52,599 nucleotides of DNA from NCBI GenBank assembly GCA_947626515.1, contig CANQSL010000004.1, forward strand, positions 1 to 52,599, in the 5' to 3' direction. A program made the translations under genes and the position numbers. Positions 17,257-27,399 of the stretch are shown one piece after another (the first letter of the stretch is position 1; every line of letters begins with the position of its first letter). This DNA is from an uncultured Bacilli bacterium (GTDB lineage Bacteria > Bacillota_I > Bacilli_A > RF39 > UBA660). The notes beneath the pieces were generated by a model. That model saw only the letters and a program-made list of their open reading frames with translations. It was not told where the DNA came from and searched no databases.

Positions 17257-18069
17257 TCAATTAAAATGTTTACATAATTTCATCTCTGCATCACTTTGCA
17301 ACATATCATATAACTCTTCTTCATTATCACTACCCTCTGCAAGAAAATGATTAATTTTATAAAAATCTTCTGGCGTCAAAAATTCTTCAAACTCCATTTC
17401 TTCATCATTTGTTAGTTCAATAGTTTTTATATTAATTGCGCCAATAGATTTTAAAATATTAACAAAATCATGCAACTCTTTATATTTTACAATTTTTTCC
17501 CCATTAGCATCATATTTTAATTCAATAACTCCATTTTTTATATCGGTTTTATATAATTCAAACAATAAAAACTTATTTAGTTGTTCATAATACTCGTCTA
17601 TTTCATTTAAATCAAATTCTTCTTTATTATTTATTAATAACTTTGTAGTACTAATAAGATAATTAATAAAGCCCTTTACAGTAGTTAATCCTTTAACATT
17701 AGAATATTTTTTTTCAAAAGATTTCATTAACCTATTTATAAATACGTAATCATTTTCTTTACTTAATACATATTTATATATATATTTATCATTCACATAT
17801 TCTTTATCTTCTTTATAAAATAATACAGTTTTATTATATATTGGTATATTCTTCCCTTTTATTTGTCTACATAGATAAAAACTTACATCTTTACTATTTA
17901 TTAGACTATTTTTATATAAATAATTTCTTAAACTTTCTTTATTAGAAAATTGCATAGTAAAATTATCAATGCTTTCTAATAATGATCTATTTTTTGTATT
18001 AAATAATTTTTCATATTCTATCCTAATAAATTCTTTATTGTAATAATAACATAAATTATAATTAACCAT
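17257..18069 (-). CDS. Hypothetical protein with an acidic C-terminus
   Basis: Clean 270-codon ORF with AAGGAGA SD, 9 nt after the holA stop. No motif recognised. Confidence 0.75.
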   Translation of the reverse strand: MVNYNLCYYYNKEFIRIEYEKLFNTKNRSLLESIDNFTMQFSNKESLRNYLYKNSLINSKDVSFYLCRQIKGKNIPIYNKTVLFYKEDKEYVNDKYIYKYVLSKENDYVFINRLMKSFEKKYSNVKGLTTVKGFINYLISTTKLLINNKEEFDLNEIDEYYEQLNKFLLFELYKTDIKNGVIELKYDANGEKIVKYKELHDFVNILKSIGAINIKTIELTNDEEMEFEEFLTPEDFYKINHFLAEGSDNEEELYDMLQSDAEMKLCKHFN

Positions 18070-18078
18070 AATATCTCC

Positions 18079-19011
18079 TTATAAATTAACTAAAAACATT
18101 TTTAATGCAACGTATTTATCTATTGTACCAGACTTTATTTTTTCATCCAAAGATCCTATATATAATATTTTATCTTTAAGCTCTTTTTTAGTATAATTAT
18201 ATCCATTTTCTATAGCTAATTTTATTCTATATGGATGAACTTCTAAGTAGCTAGCAATATCGTTTTCTTTCATATTATCTTCCAATAAATATTTTATTGA
18301 ATACATTAATCTATATTGAGTTGCAACATTTGAAAATAAAATCGCTACTTCTTCTTTGTTATATATAAATTTAGATAATTGTAATTTTATTTTTCTATTA
18401 TCCTTTTTTATAATTGAATCTACAAAGTCAAATATATTTTCCTTTATTCTATCAACTGTATATTTATTTATATCATCCAATGTTATTATATTATCTTTCT
18501 TTACTATAAATAACTTATCAATTTCATTTAATATAAAATCATAATTATTATTAGAATTAGTTATCAGTTTAGATAAAGCAATATTATCTATTTTATATTT
18601 ATTTTCCGTTAAATATTTTTTTATACTTGAAGAAATTTCTCTTTCTTTAGGCATATTTAATTCTATTAGATTTCCTTTATCTTTTATTAATTTTACACTT
18701 CTTTTTTTTACTGATATACTATCTGCTATAAAAATTAGTATAGTAAGTGGATTTGGATTATCTAAATATTTATCCAAAAGATTTAAATCTTCTTTATATT
18801 CATACTTAGTGCCAAAAATATTAGAATTATAAACCACTATACCTTTTTTATCATTAAATAAAGAATTATAATTACATTCTTCTAATATTTCTTTTATATT
18901 ATCAAAAGTCAAATCATAATATATTATATTATCTTTTTCTATTCCATTTAATAACATATTAATTTTATTTTTTAATAATCTATATGAATCACTTTTAATA
19001 ATATATTCCAT
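18079..19011 (-). CDS. holA: DNA polymerase III delta subunit
   Basis: Size and layout are typical of HolA: an N-terminal Rossmann-like part with ...GIVVYNSNIF..., LTILIFIADSI, a PKEREISSSIKKYL segment and a helical C-terminal domain. Start at ATG 19011 after AAGGAGAA. Confidence 0.65.
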   Translation of the reverse strand: MEYIIKSDSYRLLKNKINMLLNGIEKDNIIYYDLTFDNIKEILEECNYNSLFNDKKGIVVYNSNIFGTKYEYKEDLNLLDKYLDNPNPLTILIFIADSISVKKRSVKLIKDKGNLIELNMPKEREISSSIKKYLTENKYKIDNIALSKLITNSNNNYDFILNEIDKLFIVKKDNIITLDDINKYTVDRIKENIFDFVDSIIKKDNRKIKLQLSKFIYNKEEVAILFSNVATQYRLMYSIKYLLEDNMKENDIASYLEVHPYRIKLAIENGYNYTKKELKDKILYIGSLDEKIKSGTIDKYVALKMFLVNL

Positions 19012-19122
19012 AAGTTCTCCTTTATATAATTTTACCACACATAATTATTAATTTCAAAAAATAAAAAAAGGTTTTAACTTAATTATCTGTTAAAAACTTA
19101 GTTAAATCCAATATAATAAACT

Positions 19123-19620
19123 TCATCTTTTTAAATTCTTTAATGCTTCTTCAAAAAAAGCATTTGCCTCAAACTTTTTTTCATTATATAATTTTTTAAT
19201 TTGTTCTACACTTGCCCACATCACATTTAGAACTTCTTCTTTTTGAACAGTAACCTCTTCTATAGGTCCATCATATTCAAAACTCCAAACGTCTAAAATA
19301 TCAGGACATCCATCATAATGCCTAAATTTTGTTCCTATTAATTTTCCAGTTGTCGGATTAATATCTATTCCCAATTCTTCTTTAATTTCTCTTATAGCAG
19401 CAGCAATTGAAGTCTCTCCCTTTAAAGCAGATCCTCCTGTAGTTTCCCACATATAAGCAAAACTCTTATTTGCACTTCTTTGAGTTATAAGGAATTCATT
19501 GTTAGAATTTCTTATCCAAGCATTAATAACTAAATGAAACTCATCATCATTTAAATAATCTCCTCTTTTTACTATTTTTTTTTTTCTATTTTTATCATAA
19601 ACATCCCAATACTCACTCAT
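19123..19620 (-). CDS. NUDIX hydrolase
   Basis: Complete Nudix box GSALKGETSIAAAIREIKEELGI (Gx5Ex7REUxEExGU). AAGGAGAA SD. Confidence 0.88.
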   Translation of the reverse strand: MSEYWDVYDKNRKKKIVKRGDYLNDDEFHLVINAWIRNSNNEFLITQRSANKSFAYMWETTGGSALKGETSIAAAIREIKEELGIDINPTTGKLIGTKFRHYDGCPDILDVWSFEYDGPIEEVTVQKEEVLNVMWASVEQIKKLYNEKKFEANAFFEEALKNLKR

Positions 19621-19664
19621 AAATTCTCCTTAATTTTTTAAATATCTGTAAACACTCTTTTTTT

Positions 19665-19693
19665 ATTATAGTTGAATATACTGAAAAAATCAA
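19665..19693 (-). promoter_or_regulatory. Sigma-A type promoter for the NUDIX gene
   Basis: Minus strand reads TTGATT (19693-19688), 17-nt spacer, TATAAT (19670-19665). Confidence 0.5.
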
Positions 19694-19747
19694 AAATTTT
19701 CCATAATTAAAACATATTTATAAAATATGATTCATCATTTTTTTATG

Positions 19748-19770
19748 AAAAAAGAACGATATTTCGCTCT
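19748..19770 (-). terminator. Terminator of the hisS...gatB operon
   Basis: Minus-strand RNA AGAGCG-AAAUAU-CGUUCU (one G-U pair) followed by a U-run, about 55 nt after the gatB stop. Confidence 0.5.
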
Positions 19771-19825
19771 TTCATTTTCTAACAATTTAGTCAAGTAATT
19801 TTTTCTATATAAAGTATATTTGCGA

Positions 19826-21256
19826 TTATCTTTCATTTAGTTCATTAGTTAATATTTCTTTAACTATAACTGGATTTGCTTTACCTTTAGTTTCTTTCAT
19901 AACTTGTCCTACAAAGTAATCAAACATATTTGTTTTTCCATTCTTATATTGTTCTATTTGTTCTTCACTTCTATCTAGGATTGCAATAACTAAATTTTCA
20001 AGTTCATCTGTATTATTTAACTGTTCCATTCCTAATTCTTTAATTAATATATTAGGTTCTTTATTTTTTTCTAAAACTGCATTAAATAATTCCTTTGCTT
20101 GTTTATTGCTAATTTTATTTTGCAAGACTTGATCAATTATAAATTTTAATCTATCTGGTGTCATATATATTTCTAATATATTCTCATGTGTTTTATTAAT
20201 ATAATCTTGTACTTGGTTTAACAACCAGTTAATACTTAATTTTATATCACTACCTAAAGCTAATAAATTATCAAAATATTGACTTAAATCTTTATCTTTT
20301 ATTAAAATGCTTGCTTCTAAATTATTGATACCTAATTTAATATAATTAAGTTTTTTTTCATTAGGTAATACTGGTATTCTTTTTCTTATATTTTCAATTA
20401 GAGTTTTATCGATTATAAATGGAGGAATATTTGGTTCAACAAAATACTTATAATCTATAGCATCAACTTTAGAACGCATAGTTATTGTTGTATTAGTTAT
20501 TTCGTCATATCTTCTAGTTTCCTGTACTATTTCATCTTTTCTGCCACTTAATATTAAATCAGTTTGTCTTTTTATTTCGTATTCTATTGTATTTTGCACA
20601 TTTTGGATATTATTTACGTTTTTTACTTCAACCTTAGTTCCTAAAGTTTTAGAACCTTTTTCCATCATAGATACATTTACATCGCATCTAATTTGTCCTA
20701 GTTTAGAATCAGCATCACTTATTCCAGTATATTTAAATATATTTTTCATAGCATCTAAGAATGAAATAGCTTCTTTTGCTGAATGCATACATGGTTCCGT
20801 AACAGTTTCTAAAAGTGGTACTCCTGCTCTATTATAATCGATTAATGAATAATAAGAATAATGATCTAATGATGCAGAATCTTCTTCTAAGTGTATATCG
20901 TGAATTAGTATTTCTACTTCTTTTCCATCTACGTCAATTTTTAATTTTCCATTTGTTCCAATTGGTTTAGTAGATTGTGTTATTTGATAACCTTTAGGTA
21001 AATCTGGATAGTAATAGTTTTTTCTATCAAACATTACTAAATCGGGAATTTTACAATTTAATATTAAAGACATCTCTATAGCTTTTTCTAAACATTCTTT
21101 ATTTAATGTAGGAAGTATTCCTGGAAATGCCATATCAATTTTATTTACGTTAGAGTTAGATATATCACTATAAGCATTTTTTGCTGGAGAAAAGACTTTA
21201 GTAGTACTTTTCATCTCTGCATGCATTTCTAATCCAATTACAGGTATTAATTCCAT
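19826..21256 (-). CDS. gatB: Asp-tRNA(Asn)/Glu-tRNA(Gln) amidotransferase subunit B
   Basis: MELIPVIGLEMHAEM..., DYNRAGVPLLETVTEP and a C-terminal YqeY-like tail are canonical for GatB. Confidence 0.93.
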   Translation of the reverse strand: MELIPVIGLEMHAEMKSTTKVFSPAKNAYSDISNSNVNKIDMAFPGILPTLNKECLEKAIEMSLILNCKIPDLVMFDRKNYYYPDLPKGYQITQSTKPIGTNGKLKIDVDGKEVEILIHDIHLEEDSASLDHYSYYSLIDYNRAGVPLLETVTEPCMHSAKEAISFLDAMKNIFKYTGISDADSKLGQIRCDVNVSMMEKGSKTLGTKVEVKNVNNIQNVQNTIEYEIKRQTDLILSGRKDEIVQETRRYDEITNTTITMRSKVDAIDYKYFVEPNIPPFIIDKTLIENIRKRIPVLPNEKKLNYIKLGINNLEASILIKDKDLSQYFDNLLALGSDIKLSINWLLNQVQDYINKTHENILEIYMTPDRLKFIIDQVLQNKISNKQAKELFNAVLEKNKEPNILIKELGMEQLNNTDELENLVIAILDRSEEQIEQYKNGKTNMFDYFVGQVMKETKGKANPVIVKEILTNELNER

Positions 21257-22704
21257 ATATCCACTCCCTTTGCTATTTGATTTTTATAATCCATTTTGCT
21301 TTCCAATGCATAAGCTATATTTAAAACATTTTTGTCATCTTTTACTTTACCTGTAATATTAATACCTATTGGCATAGAATTAACAAATCCATTTGGAATA
21401 GTAATAGAAGGATACCCACCAAAATTGCCTATTGCCATAATATTTTCGATAACTTGATTATTTCCTGTAATCATATTATTTGCATCTTTAATTTTTGGTG
21501 CAATAGTTAAACTTGCTGGCATAATCATTGAATCATATGTTTTAAATAAATCATTCATTTTATCTACTATCAATCTTCTTACTCTTTTTGCATTTAAAAA
21601 GTATTTTTCTTGATTTTCTTTTTGTAATACATAAGATCCTATTACAAATCTTCTTTTTATTAAACTACAAAAACCTTTTGTTCTATGATTTTTAATCATA
21701 TCCACATAATTTTCTCCGTCACCACGTGGACCAAAAATAATACCTGTTAAATTTGAATCATTGCTAGTTGCCTCTGCACAAGATAAGCATACATAGGTTG
21801 GATATATTGCATTTAAAAGCTGACTTTCAAATTCTATTTGTTCTACTGTAGCTCCTGCTTCTTCCAACAATTTAATAGTATCTTTAAATTTATTTAATAT
21901 TTCTTTTAAATCATCACTAGGATTATCGTAGTTTTTTATATCTATTAAATTTTTTATATAAAATAATTTTTTGCCTTTTATATTTCCAGTTAAAGCACTT
22001 ACTAAATTCTTTTCTATATCGATGCTAGTCATGTCTTTTTCATCTTTTCCAGAAACATTTTCAACGACAATTGCCGCATCTTTTACACTACGAGTTAATA
22101 CGCCGACATGATCTAAACTAGAGGCAAATGCAAATAGACCAAATCTGCTTATAACTCCATATGTAGGTTTATATCCAACAACTCCACAATATGAAGCTGG
22201 CTTTCTTATTGAGTCCCCAGTATCGCTACCTAATGCATAAGGAATAATCCCACTTGCGACTAAGCATGCACTTCCTGCTGATGAACCACCAGTAATTCTT
22301 GTTTTATCCCATGGATTTAAAACATTTCCAGTATGACATGTAGTTCCAGTTCCTCCCATACCTAATTCATCCATGGCACTTTTACCTATTAAAATAGCAT
22401 TTTGTTGCTTTAATTTTTCTATTACAGTGGCATCAAAAAATGGTACATAATCTTTTAATGTATTGCTACTTGCAGTTGATAAAACATCCTTTGTAGATAA
22501 ATTATCTTTCGCTACATAAGGTATGCCAGAAAGAATATTATCGTCAACAACATATTTCGTAGGATTATCGATAATTGTTACATATGGATTTAAAATATTT
22601 TGTATTTTTTTAGAATTATTTACTGCTTCCTCTATTAAATCTTCTGGAGTAACTTCTTTTTTTATTAGAGATGCTCTTATTTCTTCTATAGTTTTTCCAA
22701 ACAT
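21247..22704 (-). CDS. gatA: Amidotransferase subunit A (amidase signature family)
   Basis: Amidase signature GGSSAGSACLVASG...GSDTGDSIRKPAS. TAATG overlap with gatC. Confidence 0.93.
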   Translation of the reverse strand: MFGKTIEEIRASLIKKEVTPEDLIEEAVNNSKKIQNILNPYVTIIDNPTKYVVDDNILSGIPYVAKDNLSTKDVLSTASSNTLKDYVPFFDATVIEKLKQQNAILIGKSAMDELGMGGTGTTCHTGNVLNPWDKTRITGGSSAGSACLVASGIIPYALGSDTGDSIRKPASYCGVVGYKPTYGVISRFGLFAFASSLDHVGVLTRSVKDAAIVVENVSGKDEKDMTSIDIEKNLVSALTGNIKGKKLFYIKNLIDIKNYDNPSDDLKEILNKFKDTIKLLEEAGATVEQIEFESQLLNAIYPTYVCLSCAEATSNDSNLTGIIFGPRGDGENYVDMIKNHRTKGFCSLIKRRFVIGSYVLQKENQEKYFLNAKRVRRLIVDKMNDLFKTYDSMIMPASLTIAPKIKDANNMITGNNQVIENIMAIGNFGGYPSITIPNGFVNSMPIGINITGKVKDDKNVLNIAYALESKMDYKNQIAKGVDIWN

Positions 22705-22997
22705 TATTCCACCACCGTAACTACTTCTATTTCTCTATCATTAATCTTATCTGAATTTTTTAATAATTCATCTACGTTATCATTTTCTATTTTATTTTCA
22801 TCTCTTAAATCGACATCTATATCAAAAGGATAATGCATTGGTTCTACATTACTAATTCCATCTATTGCATTTATAAGATTCATATTTTCTTCTATTACTT
22901 TAAATTCATTTAATATATCTCGATTTTCTTCTTCTGTTAATCCTATTAATAATTTATCAGCATAATCATAAACCATTTCTTTAGTAAACTTTGACAT
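22704..22997 (-). CDS. gatC: Amidotransferase subunit C
   Basis: ~97 aa, position between aspS and gatA, LTEEE...ID pattern. Start at ATG 22997 (AGGTGA SD). The track start at 23006 is a GTG inside the SD. Confidence 0.85.
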   Translation of the reverse strand: MSKFTKEMVYDYADKLLIGLTEEENRDILNEFKVIEENMNLINAIDGISNVEPMHYPFDIDVDLRDENKIENDNVDELLKNSDKINDREIEVVTVVE

Positions 22998-22998
22998 A

Positions 22999-24741
22999 TT
23001 ATTCACCTACTTTTATCCCTAATTCTTTTAACTGCTCATTATTTACTACATTTGGTGCATCGCTCATTAAATCATTAGAAGACGCAGTTTTAGGAAACGC
23101 TATAACGTCCCTTATATTTGTTGTGTTTGACAAAATCATTGTCAGTCTATCAAGTCCTAATGCAAATCCTCCATGTGGAGGTGTTCCATATTTTAAAGCA
23201 TCTACAAAGAAACCAAATTTTTCTTTTATATCTTCATCTGTTAATTCTAAAGCTTTAAACATTTTTTCTTGAATTTCTTCATTATGTATTCTAATACTTC
23301 CACCACCAGCTTCATATCCATTTATTACAAAATCATAAGCTTTAGAATAACAATTTTCTTTATCGTTTAATAACTTATCTATATCTTCGTCTTTAGGAGC
23401 TGTAAAAGGATGGTGACAAGCCATAAATCTATTTTCTTCATCACTCCACTCAAAAGAAGGAAAATCAGTAACAACTAATAAGCTATAAGTATCTTCATCT
23501 ATTAAATTATTATCTTTAGCAATTTTATTACGTAGAGCACCTAAAGCAGTTTTTACAACTTTTTTTGTATCAAATACAATAAATACTATATCATTTTTCT
23601 TTAAATTTAATTCGTTTTTTATAGTTTCTAATTCAGATTCTTTTAAACTTTTAACAATACTTCCACTAAAAGTATCTTCATATTTAATATAGGCTAATCC
23701 CTTAGCTTTATAAGTTTTAACAAATTCTGTTAATTTATCTATTTCTTTTCTTGAATATTTATCACTTAAATTTGGTGCAACTATAGCATTTATTATATGA
23801 TTATTTTCTATAGCTGTTTTAAATAAAATAGACTCAGTATTTAAAAATAATTTAGTTATATCCTTTATCTCTAAATCAAATCTTAAATCTGGTTTATCAG
23901 AGCCATATTTATTAATTGCATCATCATATTTCATTCTTAATAATGGAAGTTTTATATCTATATTTTTTGTTTCTTTAAATATATTAGCTATTAAATTTTC
24001 TCCAATAGTAATTACATCATCTTCATCTACAAAACTCATTTCAACATCTACTTGAGTAAATTCTGGTTGTCTATCTGCACGCAAATCTTCATCTCTAAAA
24101 CATTTTGCTATTTGAAAATATCTCTCTATTCCTCCAACCATTAATAATTGTTTATATATTTGAGGTGATTGAGGTAATGCAAAAAATTTACCATTAAATA
24201 TTCTAGAAGGTACTAAATAATCTCTTGCTCCTTCTGGAGTACTTTTACAAAGTATAGGAGTTTCAATTTCTAAAAAATTTAATTTATCTAAATAATTTCT
24301 TATTGACATAGTTATATTATGTCTCAATTCTAAATTTTTAATTAAAGCTGGCCTTCTTAAATCTAAATATCTATATTTTAATCTTGTATCTTCTAATGTA
24401 TTGGAAAAATCATTTATTTGTATAGGAAGTTCATTTGAAGTATTTAATAACTCTAAATTATTTACGATAATTTCAATATTTCCAGTAATAATTTTTTCAT
24501 TTGGTGTAAGTCTTTTTGATACCTTACCACTAGCTTTAATCACATATTCGTTTTTTAAATTTAAAGCTTCATTATAATACTCACTTTCTGGATTTACGAC
24601 TAATTGAATTATAGAAGTTCTATCTCTTAAATCTATAAATATTAATCCTCCTAAATTTCTTATTTTAGAAACCCATCCTATAACTTCTACGTTTTCTCCT
24701 ACATTCTTATCGCTTATTTCACAATTAAAAGTTTTTTTCAT
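22999..24741 (-). CDS. aspS: Aspartate--tRNA ligase (bacterial type)
   Basis: OB-fold VEVIGWVSKIRNLGGLIFIDLRDRTSIIQLV; class II motifs FRDEDLRADRQPEFTQVD and GGGSIRIH...GLDRL. Start at MKKTFNCE (ATG 24741, AAAGGA SD), just after the asnS stop. Confidence 0.93.
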   Translation of the reverse strand: MKKTFNCEISDKNVGENVEVIGWVSKIRNLGGLIFIDLRDRTSIIQLVVNPESEYYNEALNLKNEYVIKASGKVSKRLTPNEKIITGNIEIIVNNLELLNTSNELPIQINDFSNTLEDTRLKYRYLDLRRPALIKNLELRHNITMSIRNYLDKLNFLEIETPILCKSTPEGARDYLVPSRIFNGKFFALPQSPQIYKQLLMVGGIERYFQIAKCFRDEDLRADRQPEFTQVDVEMSFVDEDDVITIGENLIANIFKETKNIDIKLPLLRMKYDDAINKYGSDKPDLRFDLEIKDITKLFLNTESILFKTAIENNHIINAIVAPNLSDKYSRKEIDKLTEFVKTYKAKGLAYIKYEDTFSGSIVKSLKESELETIKNELNLKKNDIVFIVFDTKKVVKTALGALRNKIAKDNNLIDEDTYSLLVVTDFPSFEWSDEENRFMACHHPFTAPKDEDIDKLLNDKENCYSKAYDFVINGYEAGGGSIRIHNEEIQEKMFKALELTDEDIKEKFGFFVDALKYGTPPHGGFALGLDRLTMILSNTTNIRDVIAFPKTASSNDLMSDAPNVVNNEQLKELGIKVGE

Positions 24742-24751
24742 ATAATCCTTT

Positions 24752-26113
24752 CTAATATTCACAACTTCCTGGAGTTCTAGGATATGGAATAACATCTCTT
24801 ATATTTTCTATACCTGTTAAATACATAATTAATCTTTCAAATCCCATACCAAATCCAGCATGTTTTTGTGTACCATATTTTCTTAAATCTAAATACCATT
24901 TTATTTTTTCTATATCGACATTTTTTTCTTTAGCACGTTCTAATAATTTATCATAATTTTCTTCTCTTACTGAACCGCCCATTAATTCTCCACTGCCTGG
25001 AACACATAAATCTACTGCTCTTACAGTTTCATTATCACTATTAACTTTCATATACCATGCTTTTATATCTTTAGGCCAATTAGTAATAAAAACTGGTCCA
25101 TTAAAATATTCTGTAATATATTTTTCATGTTCTTTTTGTATATCGCTTTCATAACTTGGAATAAATTCCCATTTATTATTTGACTTTAATAATATATCAA
25201 TACATTCTTTATGAGTAATTCTAACAAATTTAGAAGAAATTAATTTTTGTAGCTTATCTATTAATCCCTTATTTACAAATTTGTCTAAAAAGTTCAATTC
25301 TTCTTTAGTATTATTCAAGACATAATTAACAACATATTTTAACATTTCCTCTTCAATATCCATAAGATTATCTAAATCACAAAAAGCTATTTCTGGTTCT
25401 ATCATCCAAAATTCATTAGCATGAACTTTAGTATTTGAATTTTCTGTTCTAAAAGTTGGTCCAAAAGTATATATCTTTTTGAATGCAGCTGCAAAAGTTT
25501 CTCCGTGCAATTGACCACTGCCTGTAATAAATGCGTTTTTTCCAAATAAATCTTGTTCAAAGTCTACATTTTTAATATTATTTAAATCCATTGTAGTTAT
25601 CTTAAACATTTGTGAATCTCCTTCACAATCTGCGGTTGTTATAATTGGTGTATGGACATAAATATAATTATTTTTATTAAAATATTCGTGAATTGCAAAT
25701 GCTGCTTCACTTCTAATTTTAAAGACTGCTCTAAAAAGATTAGTTCTCATTCTTAAATGCATAATAGTTCTTAAAAATTCTCTAGTAGGTCTACCCTTTG
25801 TTTGTAGAGGATAATCATCATCTACACTGCCCAATAATTCTATATTTTCGCTAACTAATTCTATAGATTGATTTTTTCCAAGCGATTTTCTTATTATACC
25901 AGTTACACATATAGCGCTACCTACTTTTAAATGTTCTACTATATTTATATTATTTATGGAACTTTCATATACTACTTGTAAATTATTAAACGTTGTGCCA
26001 TCTGATAAATCTATAAAACCAAATTTATTTTGATTTCTATGATTTTTAATCCACCCGTATAAAGTTACTTCTTTATTTAAATAATTATTACTAAATATAT
26101 CTTTTATATCCAT
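24752..26113 (-). CDS. asnS: Asparagine--tRNA ligase
   Basis: VTLYGWIKNHRNQNKFGFIDLSDGT OB-fold; FRTENSNTKVHANEFWMIEPE; GGSVREE; GFGMGFERL. Confidence 0.93.
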   Translation of the reverse strand: MDIKDIFSNNYLNKEVTLYGWIKNHRNQNKFGFIDLSDGTTFNNLQVVYESSINNINIVEHLKVGSAICVTGIIRKSLGKNQSIELVSENIELLGSVDDDYPLQTKGRPTREFLRTIMHLRMRTNLFRAVFKIRSEAAFAIHEYFNKNNYIYVHTPIITTADCEGDSQMFKITTMDLNNIKNVDFEQDLFGKNAFITGSGQLHGETFAAAFKKIYTFGPTFRTENSNTKVHANEFWMIEPEIAFCDLDNLMDIEEEMLKYVVNYVLNNTKEELNFLDKFVNKGLIDKLQKLISSKFVRITHKECIDILLKSNNKWEFIPSYESDIQKEHEKYITEYFNGPVFITNWPKDIKAWYMKVNSDNETVRAVDLCVPGSGELMGGSVREENYDKLLERAKEKNVDIEKIKWYLDLRKYGTQKHAGFGMGFERLIMYLTGIENIRDVIPYPRTPGSCEY

Positions 26114-26120
26114 ATTAAAC

Positions 26121-27383
26121 CTATAATTTCATATCTAAATAATCTACTAAATCATTTATGTTAACTAACTCTTCTTCTTTAGTAGTATTATCTTTTACAG
26201 TTACTTTAAAATCTTTCAAATCATCATTTTTTAAAATTATCAAATATTTTGAGTTAAATCTATCAGCTGATTTAAATTGATTTTTAAATTGTCTATTCAT
26301 ATAATCAGTTTCAGCTATAAAACCATTTAACCTTAAATCTTGGAGTAAATATGTTGCTGTTTCTTTTTCTTCTTCATTTCCATACATAATATATACATCT
26401 ATATTATCTTTTATATTAAAGTTTACACCCAATTTTTCCATAGCAAGTATAGTTCTATCCAAACCCATAGCAAATCCTACAGCAGGCATAGAAGGACCAT
26501 CTAACATTTCTATTAATCCATTATAGCGTCCTCCGCCACCTAAGACATTTTGACTTCCAAATTCAGGAATATTACCTACTATTTCAAATACTGTATGATT
26601 ATAATAGTCGAGCCCTCTAACCAAGTTTGTATTAATTTCATATGAAATATCCATAAGGTCTAGATATTCTTGCAATTTTAAAAATCTATTTTTGCTATCT
26701 ACATTTAAATAATCTATTGTTTTAGGAGCATTTTTTAAAATATCACTTTCTGAATCAATCTTACAATCCAAAATTCTAAGTGGATTTTTATGCAATCTCT
26801 CTTTGCAGTCTTCACATAATTTATCTATATTTGGCTCAAAATATTTTATCAAAGCTTCTCTATAATTATCTCTCGATTCTTTATCTCCCAAAGTATTCAA
26901 TTGTACTTTTACATCTATCCCTAATAATTTATAAGTATTATATGCCAAGCTAATAACTTCTGCATCACTTATAGCATCATCACTACCAATAAATTCAAAT
27001 CCAAATTGAGTAAATTGTCTAGATCTTCCACTCTGAGGTCTTTCATATCTAAACATTGGTTCAATATAATAAACTTTTACAGGCTCAGTCATATTACCAT
27101 ACATTTTATTTTCTATAAAACTTCTAACGATGCCTGCTGTACCTTCAGGTCTTAAAGTAATAGATCTTTCTCCTCTATCTTTAAAGTCATAAGTTTCTTT
27201 TCTAACTATATCACTAGATTCTCCTACACTTCTATGAAATAGTTCACTTGCCTCAAAAACTGGTGTTTCCATATAAGTATAATTATATTTTTCACATATT
27301 GCGTCAATTACATCACAAACATATTTACGTTTTTTTGCATCAATTCCATATACATCGTATGTTCCTTTTTGTTTTGTTATCAT
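26121..27383 (-). CDS. hisS: Histidine--tRNA ligase
   Basis: Class II motifs TLRPEGTAG, MFRYERPQSGRSRQFTQFG and GGGRYNGL...GFAMGLDR. AAAGGAGGA SD. Confidence 0.93.
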   Translation of the reverse strand: MITKQKGTYDVYGIDAKKRKYVCDVIDAICEKYNYTYMETPVFEASELFHRSVGESSDIVRKETYDFKDRGERSITLRPEGTAGIVRSFIENKMYGNMTEPVKVYYIEPMFRYERPQSGRSRQFTQFGFEFIGSDDAISDAEVISLAYNTYKLLGIDVKVQLNTLGDKESRDNYREALIKYFEPNIDKLCEDCKERLHKNPLRILDCKIDSESDILKNAPKTIDYLNVDSKNRFLKLQEYLDLMDISYEINTNLVRGLDYYNHTVFEIVGNIPEFGSQNVLGGGGRYNGLIEMLDGPSMPAVGFAMGLDRTILAMEKLGVNFNIKDNIDVYIMYGNEEEKETATYLLQDLRLNGFIAETDYMNRQFKNQFKSADRFNSKYLIILKNDDLKDFKVTVKDNTTKEEELVNINDLVDYLDMKL

Positions 27384-27399
27384 ATATCCTCCTTTAAAT

